A DNA stretch of 64,000 nt from positions 5,418-69,417 of the forward strand of contig CAZXML010000004.1 in NCBI GenBank assembly GCA_964641245.1, written 5' to 3'. The notes under the pieces are model-generated. The model had not been told where the DNA came from. It made no database searches and saw only the letters and a program-made list of their open reading frames with translations. Shown one piece after another: positions 19,347 through 29,156 of this stretch. The DNA comes from an uncultured Gammaproteobacteria bacterium. Lineage in GTDB: Bacteria; Patescibacteriota; Patescibacteriia; Magasanikbacterales; GWA2-37-8. The position numbers and the translations under genes are program-made. Position 1 is the first letter of the stretch, and each line of letters starts with the position of its first letter.

Positions 19347-20990
19347 ATGAAAAAAACAAAATTTATATTCGTCATCGGCGGAGTGCTTAGCGGGGTGGGC
19401 AAGGGAGTCACAGCCGCATCCATCGGGCGTATTCTAAAAAACCGGGGCTTTAACGTCTCGGTTATTAAAATTGATCCATATATTAATATTGACGCCGGCA
19501 CTATGAATCCGCTGGAACACGGGGAGGTGTTTGTAACTGAAGACGGAGATGAAACCGACCAGGATTTGGGTAATTACGAGAGATTCTTGGAGGATAACAT
19601 TTATTCGTACAATTACATGACCACCGGCCGAGTGTATATGAGCGTGATTGAAAAAGAACGGAGTATGTTTTATAAAGGGCGCTGTGTGCAGGTGGTGCCT
19701 CATATTCCCATGGAAGTAATTTCGCGGATAAAAAACGCGGTAGAAAAAACCAAGGCGGAGGTAATGGTGATAGAAGTGGGTGGCACGGTAGGTGAATACG
19801 AAAATATATTATTTTTGGAAGCGGCGCGCATGATGAAGCTGGACGCCCCGGATGACGTAGCTTTTGTGTTGGTAAGTTATATGCCGGTGCCCGCTCATTT
19901 GGGAGAAATGAAAACCAAACCTACCCAGCACGCGGCCCGTACCTTGAACAATTCCGGTATTCAAGCGGATTTCATCGTGGCCAGAGGGAAAGACGAACTG
20001 GACAAGCCCAGACGCGAAAAGCTGGCGTTTTTTTGTTGGCTTCGTTCACAAGATGATGTAATTGCCGCTCCAGATGTGGCCAGTATTTATGAAATTCCCT
20101 TGGTTTTGGAAAAACAAAAATTCGCCGGTTTGCTCATGAAAAGATTAAAAATCAAACCGCGTCCGTTAGCAGACAAGCGCTGGGATGAATTTGTGGTCAA
20201 AATGAACAATGTAAAAAAACCGCTCAAGATTGCGTTGGTGGGCAAGTATTTTGCCACGGGCGGATATACTTTGGCTGATTCATATATTTCTGTAATCAAT
20301 GCCATAAAACATGCGGCTTGGCACAACGATGTTAAACCCGAACTAACATGGATTGATTCCGAAGATTATGAAAAAAATCCGGAAAAAGTAAAGGATCTTG
20401 GCGGTTATGATGCCTTGATTGTGCCCGGTGGATTTGGCACCAGAGGTATTGAAGGAATTATCAAAGCAATTAAATATGCCAGAGAAAACAATTTGCCGTA
20501 TTTGGGTTTATGTTATGGCATGCAACTTGCAACTGTAGAATTTGCGCGCAATGTTTTGGGTTATAAAGACGCGCACACTGTGGAATGCGATCCGAAAAGT
20601 AAAGAACTGATAATTAATATCAATCCAGCGCAAGCCGAGAATGTTAAAAAGGAACGTTTTGGCGGAACCATGCGCTTGGGCGCTTATGACTGCGTTCTTT
20701 CACCCGGAAGTTTGTCGCGCCAACTTTACGGCGCTGAAAAAATCAGTGAACGCCACCGCCACCGTTATGAGTTTGATAATAAATATAAATCAGAAATGGA
20801 AAAACACGGTCTCCTCGTCGCCGGGGTAAATCCGCAATCCGATCTGGTGGAAATTGTAGAATTAAAAAAACACCCATTTTTTGTGGGCGTTCAATTTCAT
20901 CCTGAATTTAAATCCCGATTTTTACAGCCGCACCCGCTTTTTGTGGGGCTGGTAAAAGCGGCCCTCAAAAAACCACATAAGAAGTACTAA
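19347..20990 (+). CDS. pyrG: CTP synthase
   Basis: GGVLSGVGKG, KTKPTQH, GLCYGMQ and QFHPEF motifs. Confidence 0.98.
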   Translation: MKKTKFIFVIGGVLSGVGKGVTAASIGRILKNRGFNVSVIKIDPYINIDAGTMNPLEHGEVFVTEDGDETDQDLGNYERFLEDNIYSYNYMTTGRVYMSVIEKERSMFYKGRCVQVVPHIPMEVISRIKNAVEKTKAEVMVIEVGGTVGEYENILFLEAARMMKLDAPDDVAFVLVSYMPVPAHLGEMKTKPTQHAARTLNNSGIQADFIVARGKDELDKPRREKLAFFCWLRSQDDVIAAPDVASIYEIPLVLEKQKFAGLLMKRLKIKPRPLADKRWDEFVVKMNNVKKPLKIALVGKYFATGGYTLADSYISVINAIKHAAWHNDVKPELTWIDSEDYEKNPEKVKDLGGYDALIVPGGFGTRGIEGIIKAIKYARENNLPYLGLCYGMQLATVEFARNVLGYKDAHTVECDPKSKELIININPAQAENVKKERFGGTMRLGAYDCVLSPGSLSRQLYGAEKISERHRHRYEFDNKYKSEMEKHGLLVAGVNPQSDLVEIVELKKHPFFVGVQFHPEFKSRFLQPHPLFVGLVKAALKKPHKKY

Positions 20991-21055
20991 GGTATTTTTT
21001 AGGCACGCTCGGAAATGAAAACAAGTTTTCATTTCTCTCACTTTGCCCAAAAATA
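20985..21055. repeat. Family D-related 71-bp element
   Basis: Near-identical to 17167-17237; overlaps the pyrG stop codon. Confidence 0.85.
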
Positions 21056-21059
21056 GTTA

Positions 21060-22427
21060 TTACCTTCCCGCCAACCTTAAAACCGTATTAATGGTTCTTA
21101 GGATTATAGAAATATCCAGAGTAAGACCGCGATTTTTAATATAAAATAAATCGTACTCCAGTTTTTGCAGGTTTTCTTCTATGGTGCCGTAGTAGGCATT
21201 ATGAATCTGGGCCCAGCCGGTTAGCCCCGGTTTAATTAAGTGTCTTAAAGAGTAATAGGGCATTTTTTCTGTTAATTGGGCGACAAATTCCGGGCGTTCG
21301 GGGCGGGGACCGATAACGGACATTTCGCCTTTTAGAATATTAATAAATTGCGGTACTTCGTCCAGGCGGGTGAGGCGTAAAAATTTTCCGACGGCGGTAA
21401 TTCGGGCATCTTTGTTGGATGCATATTGCGGTCCGCCGGTTTCGGCGCTACCGTCCGCAGACAGCGACACCATGGTGCGGTATTTATAGACTTTAAAAAT
21501 TATGCCCTGTCTGCCCATGCGGTTTTGAGAAAAAAATACGCGGCCTTTGGAGTTTAATTTAATGGCCAAAGCAACGAATGGGAGGGTGAATACAAAAAAT
21601 ATTCCCAGTACGCCCGCCAGAATATAATCGGTTAAAATGCGGAAACGGTCGTAGATTTTTTTCTGTTGTTCGTGCAAGTTCGTCACAAACCAGCTTTCAG
21701 AAAAAGTGAACGGGGGAATGCGGTGCATGATTGATTCATAAAAATCGGCTAGGTTAATAATACTAACCTGCTGAAAAAGACCCTGGTATAATTCTTTGAG
21801 CAATCCCGCGTCCGCAGTCATGTGAGGTGAAAGTACGATAATATTTGCGAAATTTTTAGTTTGATTATTTATATCGGCAATCGATTTACCAAAGACTATG
21901 TTTTGGAATTGACCGGCTGATTCATCGCCACCAATCACACCGGTAACAAAATATCCCAACCGCGGTTCCTTTTGGATGTTGTTTATCAATTCTTTAACTT
22001 CGGCGGTAACTCCGGCAAAGATTATGTTATATTTTAAGGAAGTAGAAATAAATTTATTGTAAAAATAGCGCCACAAGGAAATTAGGCCGAAGCCAATTAT
22101 GGCGGTAAGAACCAGGATTGTTTTTGGCGTGATGGCGGTTTTGGGGTTTATGTAAAAATAAATTATACCAAAGACAGTCCATGCCAGGGAGCTGAGGATA
22201 ATTTTTTGAAAAAAAGACCATGAGTTTTTGGTTTTACTGATATCGTAAAGGCCGGCAATAAAGAGAATAACGGCCGCCAAAATGAATAGTTGGGTCATGG
22301 GTGAGAGTAATTCCTGAAAATTTTGCCCAGGCGTTTTAAGGTATCTTAAATACAGAGCAAGATATAGCCCCGCATACAGAACGATTAAATCACCGGCCAA
22401 GAGGGTTAGTTGTTTAAAGCGATACAT
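21060..22427 (-). CDS. Polyprenyl glycosylphosphotransferase (priming sugar transferase)
   Basis: N-terminal TMs; KYRTM, RLDEVPQ, MSVIGPRPE and KPGLTGWAQ motifs. Confidence 0.93.
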   Translation of the reverse strand: MYRFKQLTLLAGDLIVLYAGLYLALYLRYLKTPGQNFQELLSPMTQLFILAAVILFIAGLYDISKTKNSWSFFQKIILSSLAWTVFGIIYFYINPKTAITPKTILVLTAIIGFGLISLWRYFYNKFISTSLKYNIIFAGVTAEVKELINNIQKEPRLGYFVTGVIGGDESAGQFQNIVFGKSIADINNQTKNFANIIVLSPHMTADAGLLKELYQGLFQQVSIINLADFYESIMHRIPPFTFSESWFVTNLHEQQKKIYDRFRILTDYILAGVLGIFFVFTLPFVALAIKLNSKGRVFFSQNRMGRQGIIFKVYKYRTMVSLSADGSAETGGPQYASNKDARITAVGKFLRLTRLDEVPQFINILKGEMSVIGPRPERPEFVAQLTEKMPYYSLRHLIKPGLTGWAQIHNAYYGTIEENLQKLEYDLFYIKNRGLTLDISIILRTINTVLRLAGR

Positions 22428-22468
22428 AGTAAATGTGGTATAATATGGCAATGTTCGGATTATATCCT

Positions 22469-23980
22469 ATGTTTATGCAAAAATCAAGCTTTATCACGTT
22501 TTTTCTTGCCACGGTAGTATTGTTGTATCCAAGCGTTTTTGTCTTAGCTGAAGTCCCTAACGATCCTAAATATTTGTTGCAGGAGTCTTTTTATAAGCAA
22601 ATAAACGCGCTCGCGGCCTGGGATATTACAACCGGCACCAGCAGTGTGGTGGTGGCGGTCATAGATACGGGCGTGGATATATTAAATGATGATTTAAAAA
22701 CCAATGTCTGGCAAAATTTAAAAGAGATTCCCGCCAATAATGTAGATGATGATGTAAATGGTTTCGTGGACGATGTGAATGGTTGGAATTTTGTGGAAAA
22801 CGACAACGATGTCCGTCTTTCAGTAATTAACGATTATGATGATTCCGGAGCGGTGAGTCACGGAACAATTTTGGCCGGACTGATTGGCGCTGTCGGAAAT
22901 AATAATTTACTGGGGACCGGATTAAATTGGCGTATAAAAATTATGCCTTTACGCGCCATTAGCAGCGGAGGCGGGGGATCATTGGAAAATGTGGCCCACG
23001 CAATTAATTACGCGGTTAATAACGGAGCCGATATTATAAACATAAGTTTTGTCGGCGATTCTAAAAGTTTTGGTTTGCAGGAAAGTTTATTTAACGCCAG
23101 AAATAAAGGAGTGCTGATAGTGGCGGCGTCCGGAAATAACAGAAATGACGGAACCGGAAATGATAACTCCACCAAAAATAAACAATATCCGATTTGTTCG
23201 GACTTCGAAGATTCGGAGAATTGGATATTGGGTGTGACTTCAGTGGGCAAAAATGATAAGTTAAGCGATTTTAGCAATTTTGGCATTTGTGTAGATTTGT
23301 CCGCTCCGGGTGAATACATTTATAGTACACAAAGATACGCCCCGCAATATATCGGTTATGCCAAAAATTTTGACGGCCCGTGGTTTGGTTCTTCATTTTC
23401 CGCGCCACTCGTAGCCGGCGCCGCGGCGTTGGTAAAGTCGGCGCGTCCGGATTGGAAAGCCAAGGAAATAATTTTGAACTTGCTTGCTACCGCGGATGAC
23501 ATAGACGGATTGAATCCCGGTTACGCCGGACAAGTTGGTTATGGACGTTTGAATGTGGGCAGGGCGGTGGCTAGGGCTATAGAATTAAAACCGACAGCGC
23601 TGGTTTTTGAGTCAAAATTAATAAGGAAAAATATAAACTATTTTGTTCGTATTACATCCGGAGGCAAGGTTTTGCGCGACCTGCCTTTGCCCGGTTATAA
23701 CCCAAAAACCACCAAATGGGCTGTGGTAGAAGATTTGCTGGTGTCTGCCAATTTAAGCAAAGGTAAAATGACGGTGAATGCCTGGGATTGGGCCGGTAAT
23801 AAAAAATTAACAAATTGGGTTTTGGCAGGAGTAAGCAAGATAGATGATTTAAAAATTGATACGGTGTGGGGTGATAGTCCGAATGCGATTTTATTTGTTA
23901 AGCGAGCTGGCGAGACCTGGCGGTTTATAATAGATTTGCCGAGTCAGAGCTGGAAAACAGATATTCTGGATGGGGTTTAA
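22469..23980 (+). CDS. Secreted S8 subtilisin-like protease
   Basis: VIDTG, HGT, ASGN and GSSFSAP triad motifs; signal peptide; start uncertain. Confidence 0.9.
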   Translation: MFMQKSSFITFFLATVVLLYPSVFVLAEVPNDPKYLLQESFYKQINALAAWDITTGTSSVVVAVIDTGVDILNDDLKTNVWQNLKEIPANNVDDDVNGFVDDVNGWNFVENDNDVRLSVINDYDDSGAVSHGTILAGLIGAVGNNNLLGTGLNWRIKIMPLRAISSGGGGSLENVAHAINYAVNNGADIINISFVGDSKSFGLQESLFNARNKGVLIVAASGNNRNDGTGNDNSTKNKQYPICSDFEDSENWILGVTSVGKNDKLSDFSNFGICVDLSAPGEYIYSTQRYAPQYIGYAKNFDGPWFGSSFSAPLVAGAAALVKSARPDWKAKEIILNLLATADDIDGLNPGYAGQVGYGRLNVGRAVARAIELKPTALVFESKLIRKNINYFVRITSGGKVLRDLPLPGYNPKTTKWAVVEDLLVSANLSKGKMTVNAWDWAGNKKLTNWVLAGVSKIDDLKIDTVWGDSPNAILFVKRAGETWRFIIDLPSQSWKTDILDGV

Positions 23981-24028
23981 TTATATATTGTCAATTAAGG
24001 CTAATAATGGTACAATATGATTGAATAA

Positions 24029-24089
24029 TTAACAATTAGCAATGAGCAAAAAGCAAGTTGTTTGTTAATTGTTGTTTGTTAATTGTTAT
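24029..24089. repeat. Family C inverted heptamer array
   Basis: TTAACAA TTAGCAA TGAGCAA AAAGCAA .. TTGTTAA TTGTTGT TTGTTAA TTGTTAT. Confidence 0.8.
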
Positions 24090-24098
24090 TTATTATCT

Positions 24099-25121
24099 AT
24101 GGACACTCCTATTTTTGAGAAAAAAAACGTTTTAGTAACCGGTGGCGCCGGTTTTATCGGATCCCATCTTTGCGAACGGCTTTTAAAAGAAGCCAAGGTA
24201 ATTTGTTTAGACGATTTTTCTAATTCCTCTCCGGCTAATATAAAACACCTGTTGCAGTATCCTGATTTTGAATTTATAAAATACGATGTTAATCAGCCGA
24301 TTGATTTGGATAAATTTGAGGAGTTGGATAAGTTTAAAGTAAAATTTCAGGGTATCCAGGAAGTTTATCATTTGGCTTGCCCCACCAGCCCGCTTAACTT
24401 TGAAAAATTAAAAATGCAATCATTGTGGGCCAATTCGTCTGCCATGATTAATACTTTAGATTTGGCGGTAAAACATAAGGCCAAATATATTTTTACATCC
24501 AGTTCGGTTGTTTACGGCAACGCCAGTGAAACAAAATCTGTTTTTAAGGAAACCGATCAGGGAGTTGTCGACCATTTATCTCTACGCGCCTGCTATGACG
24601 AAGGCAAGCGTTTTGCCGAGACCTGTGTGGCCACTTACCGCCAAGTTTACGGCATAGACGCCAAAATCGCCCGCGTCTTTACCACTTACGGTCCGCACAT
24701 GAAATTATTTGAAGGCCAGATGATTCCGGATTTTATTATCAACGCATTAGAAGGAAAAAATCTTACCATTCACGGAGATGAAACATTTTCCACCTCGCTT
24801 TGTTATGTTACCGATATGGTAGACGGCTTGGTGCGTTTAATGTCCAGCGCGCCGGAAGTTCAGATTGTTAATCTTGGTGATGACAAAATTGTTAAAATGG
24901 TAGATGTCACGGAAACAATAATTAAACTGACAAATTCCGCATCCCAGGTTGTGTTTGAAAAGCCGTTGGTATTTTTAACCAAAAAAGGCGCGCCAGATTT
25001 GGCTTACGCAAAAGACGTATTGGGTTGGATGCCTTTGGTACGTCTTCAAGACGGATTGGAAAAAACAATTGATTATACTATCGCCAATAAGGAGGCGTTA
25101 ATGTTTAATCACAGATATTAG
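24099..25121 (+). CDS. NAD-dependent epimerase/dehydratase, UDP-glucuronate decarboxylase-like
   Basis: TGGAGFIGSH, HLACP and YDEGKR motifs. Confidence 0.88.
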   Translation: MDTPIFEKKNVLVTGGAGFIGSHLCERLLKEAKVICLDDFSNSSPANIKHLLQYPDFEFIKYDVNQPIDLDKFEELDKFKVKFQGIQEVYHLACPTSPLNFEKLKMQSLWANSSAMINTLDLAVKHKAKYIFTSSSVVYGNASETKSVFKETDQGVVDHLSLRACYDEGKRFAETCVATYRQVYGIDAKIARVFTTYGPHMKLFEGQMIPDFIINALEGKNLTIHGDETFSTSLCYVTDMVDGLVRLMSSAPEVQIVNLGDDKIVKMVDVTETIIKLTNSASQVVFEKPLVFLTKKGAPDLAYAKDVLGWMPLVRLQDGLEKTIDYTIANKEALMFNHRY

Positions 25122-25123
25122 TT

Positions 25124-25786
25124 ATGCTGTTCGTCATAGTTCCCGCCTACAACGAAGAGAAAAAAATCGGTCGCGTCATTAGCGGCCTTTTTAGTCAGGG
25201 GTTAAAAAATATTGTGGTGGTTGATGACGGGTCTGGCGATAATACTGTGTCGGAGGCGCAATCGGCCGGAGCGGTTGTTTTAAAGCATGAAGTAAACAGG
25301 GGTCAGGGAGCGGCTCTGCAAACTGGTAATGAGTATACTGTGGCCAACGGAGCCAGCGTGGTGGTTCATTTTGACGCAGACGGGCAGTTTAATCCGGCGG
25401 ATATTGCCAAGGCGCTGGTGACGATGAAAGATAAAAACATAGATGTGATTTTGGGTTCGCGTTTTTTGGACAATCGTTCGCAAATGCCGTGGACGAAAAA
25501 AAATATATTATTACCGGTTGCCAGATTAATAAATTGGTTTCTAACCGGATTAAAATTAACGGACGTACATAACGGTTTCAGAATATTGTCGCGGCGGGCG
25601 CTGGAGAAAATAAAAATTACGCAAGATCGGATGGCGCATAATTCCGAGATTATAAAACAGATAAAACAGAATAATCTATCGTATCTTGAATATCCGGTGG
25701 AGGTTACATATAATGAATATGGCCAGGGGGTAGGCGGAGGTTTTAAAATAATTATGGAAATTTTACAAGGACGTTTAATAAAATGA
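25124..25786 (+). CDS. Glycosyltransferase family 2 (DPM synthase-like)
   Basis: PAYNE, VDDGSGD, NRGQG, DADGQ and GSRF motifs. Confidence 0.92.
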   Translation: MLFVIVPAYNEEKKIGRVISGLFSQGLKNIVVVDDGSGDNTVSEAQSAGAVVLKHEVNRGQGAALQTGNEYTVANGASVVVHFDADGQFNPADIAKALVTMKDKNIDVILGSRFLDNRSQMPWTKKNILLPVARLINWFLTGLKLTDVHNGFRILSRRALEKIKITQDRMAHNSEIIKQIKQNNLSYLEYPVEVTYNEYGQGVGGGFKIIMEILQGRLIK

Positions 25787-25787
25787 T

Positions 25788-26117
25788 ATGTTTGTAATTC
25801 AAATTCTACTAACGATTTTTTTTCTGTTCGCTCTAGTAAAAGTTATCGGCCGTTGGCGGGCCGGTGATTTAAGTTTGGTCGGCATGGTTTGGTGGTCAAT
25901 ATTTTGGATTTCGGCCACTGTGGTGGTCTTGTTGCCAAACTCGACTGCTACGCTGGCAAAATTAGTAGGAATTGGCCGTGGCGCGGATTTGGTGGTGTAT
26001 GTGGCGCTGGCCGGCATATTTTTTATAATATTCAGGCTGATGATAAAAATTGAATTGTTGAATAAAGATATAACTAAACTTACCAGAAAAATTGCATTGA
26101 AGGATAAAGATCTATAG
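25788..26117 (+). CDS. DUF2304 family membrane protein
   Basis: LAKLVGIGRGADL motif, 3 TMs, typical partner of GT2. Confidence 0.8.
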   Translation: MFVIQILLTIFFLFALVKVIGRWRAGDLSLVGMVWWSIFWISATVVVLLPNSTATLAKLVGIGRGADLVVYVALAGIFFIIFRLMIKIELLNKDITKLTRKIALKDKDL

Positions 26118-26195
26118 GGGCTAAAGCCCATATAATCTCATTCGCTCGGAAATAAATTTGTAAACAATTTATTTCTCTCACTTATTTCGATTATG
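26112..26195 (+). repeat. Family D hairpin element spanning stop codon to next ATG
   Basis: Shares a 22-nt start with 15819 and its core with 17167/20985. Confidence 0.8.
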
Positions 26196-27278
26196 AAAAT
26201 CGCCCACATAGTTTCAACTTTCTCGCCGCATATCGGTGGTATGGGGGCTGTTTGTTATAATGAAGCAAAACGATTATCAGAGATTGGGCACGACGTGACA
26301 GTCTTTACATTAAAATATCCGGGTAACGTATACGACGATACAAAATTTCCTTTTAAAGTTGTTCGCTTAAAGCCCTTGGTGAGGCTGGGGGACGCAGGGC
26401 TTGTGCCACAAGTATTAAAATATCTGAAGGGTTTTGATTTGGTTCATTTGCATTACCCGTTTTACGGGGGAGCGGAATGGCTTTGTTTTTCTGATATCCC
26501 ATTAGTTATTACCTACCATATGGACGCGCAGGCGAGGGGTCTTAAATTTATTATTCAAAAAATCTACGATTTAGTTTGGCCAAAATTTTTATTTGCCAAA
26601 GCCAAAAAAATCATTGCGGTTGATTCCGAGCATTTTAAAAATACCAAATTTGGAAAATTATATTCCGGCAAGGTTGTTGAAATAAAAAATGGGGTGGATA
26701 CTAACGTTTTTAATTCACATCCGGTTGATTTGGAAAAACTGGGGCTGGATAATTTAAAAAATAAAAAAATTATTCTTTTTGTCGGTAATTTAATGCCATT
26801 AAAACGTCTGGACCTTTTATTGAATGCATTGAAATTGTTGGCAGACGACAATTTGGCTTTGGTGATAGTCGGTGGAGGTTATGAATTGGAAAAATACAAG
26901 CAAAAGGCGAAAAATTTAAGCAATGTATTCATTGCCGGCCAGTGCAACGACCCGCAAAAACTTTCCGATTATTATAACATAGCTACGTGTGTGGTGGTGC
27001 CGTCGGATTACGAATCTTTTTCGTTGGTGGCCATAGAAGCCATGGCTTGTGGCAAGCCATTAGTGCTTAGCGATTTGCCTGTGCTAAAGAATAATTTCGG
27101 TGGATCAATTTTCTTTGAGAAAGGGTCGGTGGAGAGTCTGAAGGGCGCGTTAAAACAAGTCTTGTCATTGTCGGACGAAGAAAGGAAAAAAAATGGCGAG
27201 CTGGAAATAGAAAAAGCCGTTGGAGAGTATTCTTGGGACAAACATATGGTAAAGTTAACGCAAGTATATGACATTTGA
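26193..27278 (+). CDS. Glycosyltransferase family 4
   Basis: GGMG, HLHYP, NGVD and ESFSLVAIEAMACG motifs. Confidence 0.92.
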   Translation: MKIAHIVSTFSPHIGGMGAVCYNEAKRLSEIGHDVTVFTLKYPGNVYDDTKFPFKVVRLKPLVRLGDAGLVPQVLKYLKGFDLVHLHYPFYGGAEWLCFSDIPLVITYHMDAQARGLKFIIQKIYDLVWPKFLFAKAKKIIAVDSEHFKNTKFGKLYSGKVVEIKNGVDTNVFNSHPVDLEKLGLDNLKNKKIILFVGNLMPLKRLDLLLNALKLLADDNLALVIVGGGYELEKYKQKAKNLSNVFIAGQCNDPQKLSDYYNIATCVVVPSDYESFSLVAIEAMACGKPLVLSDLPVLKNNFGGSIFFEKGSVESLKGALKQVLSLSDEERKKNGELEIEKAVGEYSWDKHMVKLTQVYDI

Positions 27279-28086
27279 TTACGAGAAGTCTATCTGGGGG
27301 CACGGCAATGCAAGTCTGAAACTTAGTTCTCCGACCAGTTTTCGGTTGCGCCAGAGTTTAAAATCAATAGCCGAGTTAAAAAACGGGGCCAAAGTGTTGG
27401 AATTGGGCTGTGGGGCCGGTCAATTTATTCGTGAAATAAAAAAAATAAGGCCGGAATTAAATTGTTATGGTTGTGATATCAGCCAGCACGCCATCGCCAT
27501 AGCCAAGCAGGCAAATGACGGAGTGGTTTATGATTTGAGCGCGGAAAATAAATCCGTGTACGAAGATAATTTTTTTGATGCCGTTCTTATCTATGATGTG
27601 TTAGAACACGTAGCCAATCCGGGTTTAATTTTAGCCGAAGTGAGCCGTGTTTTAAAAAACGGGGGAGTATTTTATTGTTTTGTGCCTTGCGAAGCCGACG
27701 CTTTATCTTTTTGGAACTTATTGCACAAGCTGGGTTTGAAAAAAGAACTGACAAAAATGTACGCCGGGCATATCAATAAATTTTCCCGAAAGAGTTTAGT
27801 GGGCTTGGTACAATCATTCGGTTTTGTAGTTACACGCATCCGATACAGCGAACAGGTGTTGGGCCAGCTTCTTGGTCTAGCCGCATTTTTTTCTATGGAC
27901 AGGTTTGCCAGAAAAAATAATTTGTATCAGGTAAATAACGAGCAGTATTTTTACGACTTGAATCAAAAAGGCGGGGGAGTTTTGCGAATAATAAAAAATA
28001 TCATAAATAGCCTGGTCACTCTGGAGTCAATTATTTTTTCCAGAATCCCGTCGCCGAACGTGCATTTAACGGTGGTTAAAAAGTAA
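27268..28086 (+). CDS. Class I SAM-dependent methyltransferase
   Basis: VLELGCGAG, DVLEHV and LKNGG motifs. Confidence 0.88.
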   Translation: MTFDYEKSIWGHGNASLKLSSPTSFRLRQSLKSIAELKNGAKVLELGCGAGQFIREIKKIRPELNCYGCDISQHAIAIAKQANDGVVYDLSAENKSVYEDNFFDAVLIYDVLEHVANPGLILAEVSRVLKNGGVFYCFVPCEADALSFWNLLHKLGLKKELTKMYAGHINKFSRKSLVGLVQSFGFVVTRIRYSEQVLGQLLGLAAFFSMDRFARKNNLYQVNNEQYFYDLNQKGGGVLRIIKNIINSLVTLESIIFSRIPSPNVHLTVVKK

Positions 28087-28091
28087 TTAGC

Positions 28092-28128
28092 TGTCATCCC
28101 GAGCGAGCCGTAGCGACGAGGGATGACA
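28092..28128. repeat. Short family A variant (A2)
   Basis: TGTCATCCCGAGCGAGCCGTAGCGACGAGGGATGACA. Confidence 0.75.
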
Positions 28129-28143
28129 ATTACGTTTGTCTAT

Positions 28144-28644
28144 ATGAAAGTTATCCACATCATCCCATCCGCCTTTGATTATTTTGATGACATCAGATCG
28201 GAAGCTTTTAAGTTGTTGGAGGAATTACACAAGGGGGGTGTGGAATCGGAGGCTTTTACTTTGCAATACGGGTCAACCGGAAAGGCGCTAAAAGCCAGCA
28301 TAAAAAAGGTTTCGCCCTCGGTTCATGATTATATCGGTAATTTTGATATGGACAATGCCATAGCCAGTTTTTCGGATTTTGATATCGTTCACCTGCACTG
28401 CCCGTTTTTTGGCGCGGCCGGGAAAATCTTGCGTTGGAAAAAACTCAATTCAAACATCCCTTTGGTAATTACTTATTACCGCGCAGTTCGGGTTTTGGAT
28501 CTCATGAGCCTGTTTATAAGATTTTATAACGCTTATTATTTGCCGAAATTTTTTAAATTGGCGGATAGCGCCAGTCAATTTAACCCCGAAGAATCCCAGC
28601 AGTCTATTGCGGACAGGACATTGTTGATGTATAATAACTTGTAA
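28144..28644 (+). CDS. Short GT4 N-terminal-domain-like protein
   Basis: MKVIHI..DIVHLHCPFFG..PLVITY resembles the N-half of 26193; lacks the C-terminal domain. Confidence 0.6.
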   Translation: MKVIHIIPSAFDYFDDIRSEAFKLLEELHKGGVESEAFTLQYGSTGKALKASIKKVSPSVHDYIGNFDMDNAIASFSDFDIVHLHCPFFGAAGKILRWKKLNSNIPLVITYYRAVRVLDLMSLFIRFYNAYYLPKFFKLADSASQFNPEESQQSIADRTLLMYNNL

Positions 28645-28660
28645 GTTCACTCTCAATCGC

Positions 28661-28756
28661 TCTCTCCCTCTATTAGGGGAGAGACAGAGAGAGGGGTATC
28701 GCGGCCTTTGGACAACGAATACCCCCACCCTGCCCTCCCCCTAAAAGCGGGGAGGA
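28661..28756. repeat. Convergent pair of family B elements
   Basis: 28661-28699 (+) and 28719-28756 (-); the latter is nearly identical to 7279-7315. Confidence 0.9.
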
Positions 28757-28815
28757 ACGAAAAGAGTTAAGGTTCGATTTGTATCGCATTATTCATAATT
28801 CTTAATTCAACATAT

Positions 28816-29124
28816 ATGGGCATGTTTAAAAAAGGACTTTTTCTAGGCGGTTTAATAGGCGCGGCGGCAATGTGGTTAAACGCCACTCCAAAAGGTAAAG
28901 AAATGCGGGAAAAGCTTGTGGGTCAAGCCAATGACCTATATTCTCAACTCAAAGAAAGCATAAAACAACTGGAAGGCCCAACCAAAGAAATGTATGACGC
29001 GCTGGTAGAAAGAGCCGTAGAAGAATACGCCGCCAAAGTAGAAATGGCCATGGATATGAAAGTTCAATTGGTCAGAGAGTTAAAGAAGAGATGGAAGCAT
29101 TTGGAGAAAGAAATAAAAAAGTAA
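28816..29124 (+). CDS. YtxH-like protein
   Basis: GLFLGGLIGAAA..TPKGKEMREKL. Confidence 0.7.
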   Translation: MGMFKKGLFLGGLIGAAAMWLNATPKGKEMREKLVGQANDLYSQLKESIKQLEGPTKEMYDALVERAVEEYAAKVEMAMDMKVQLVRELKKRWKHLEKEIKK

Positions 29125-29156
29125 TTAAAAAAATCCCCTTTAGGGGATTTTTTTAA
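29125..29156. terminator. Bidirectional terminator
   Basis: TTAAAAAAATCCCC-TTTA-GGGGATTTTTTTAA between convergent genes. Confidence 0.75.

Noticed and set aside
29125-29156. Additional family B copy (CCCC-TTTA-GGGG core)
   Set aside because: Lacks the mirror purine arm and TAT end; fits a bidirectional terminator.
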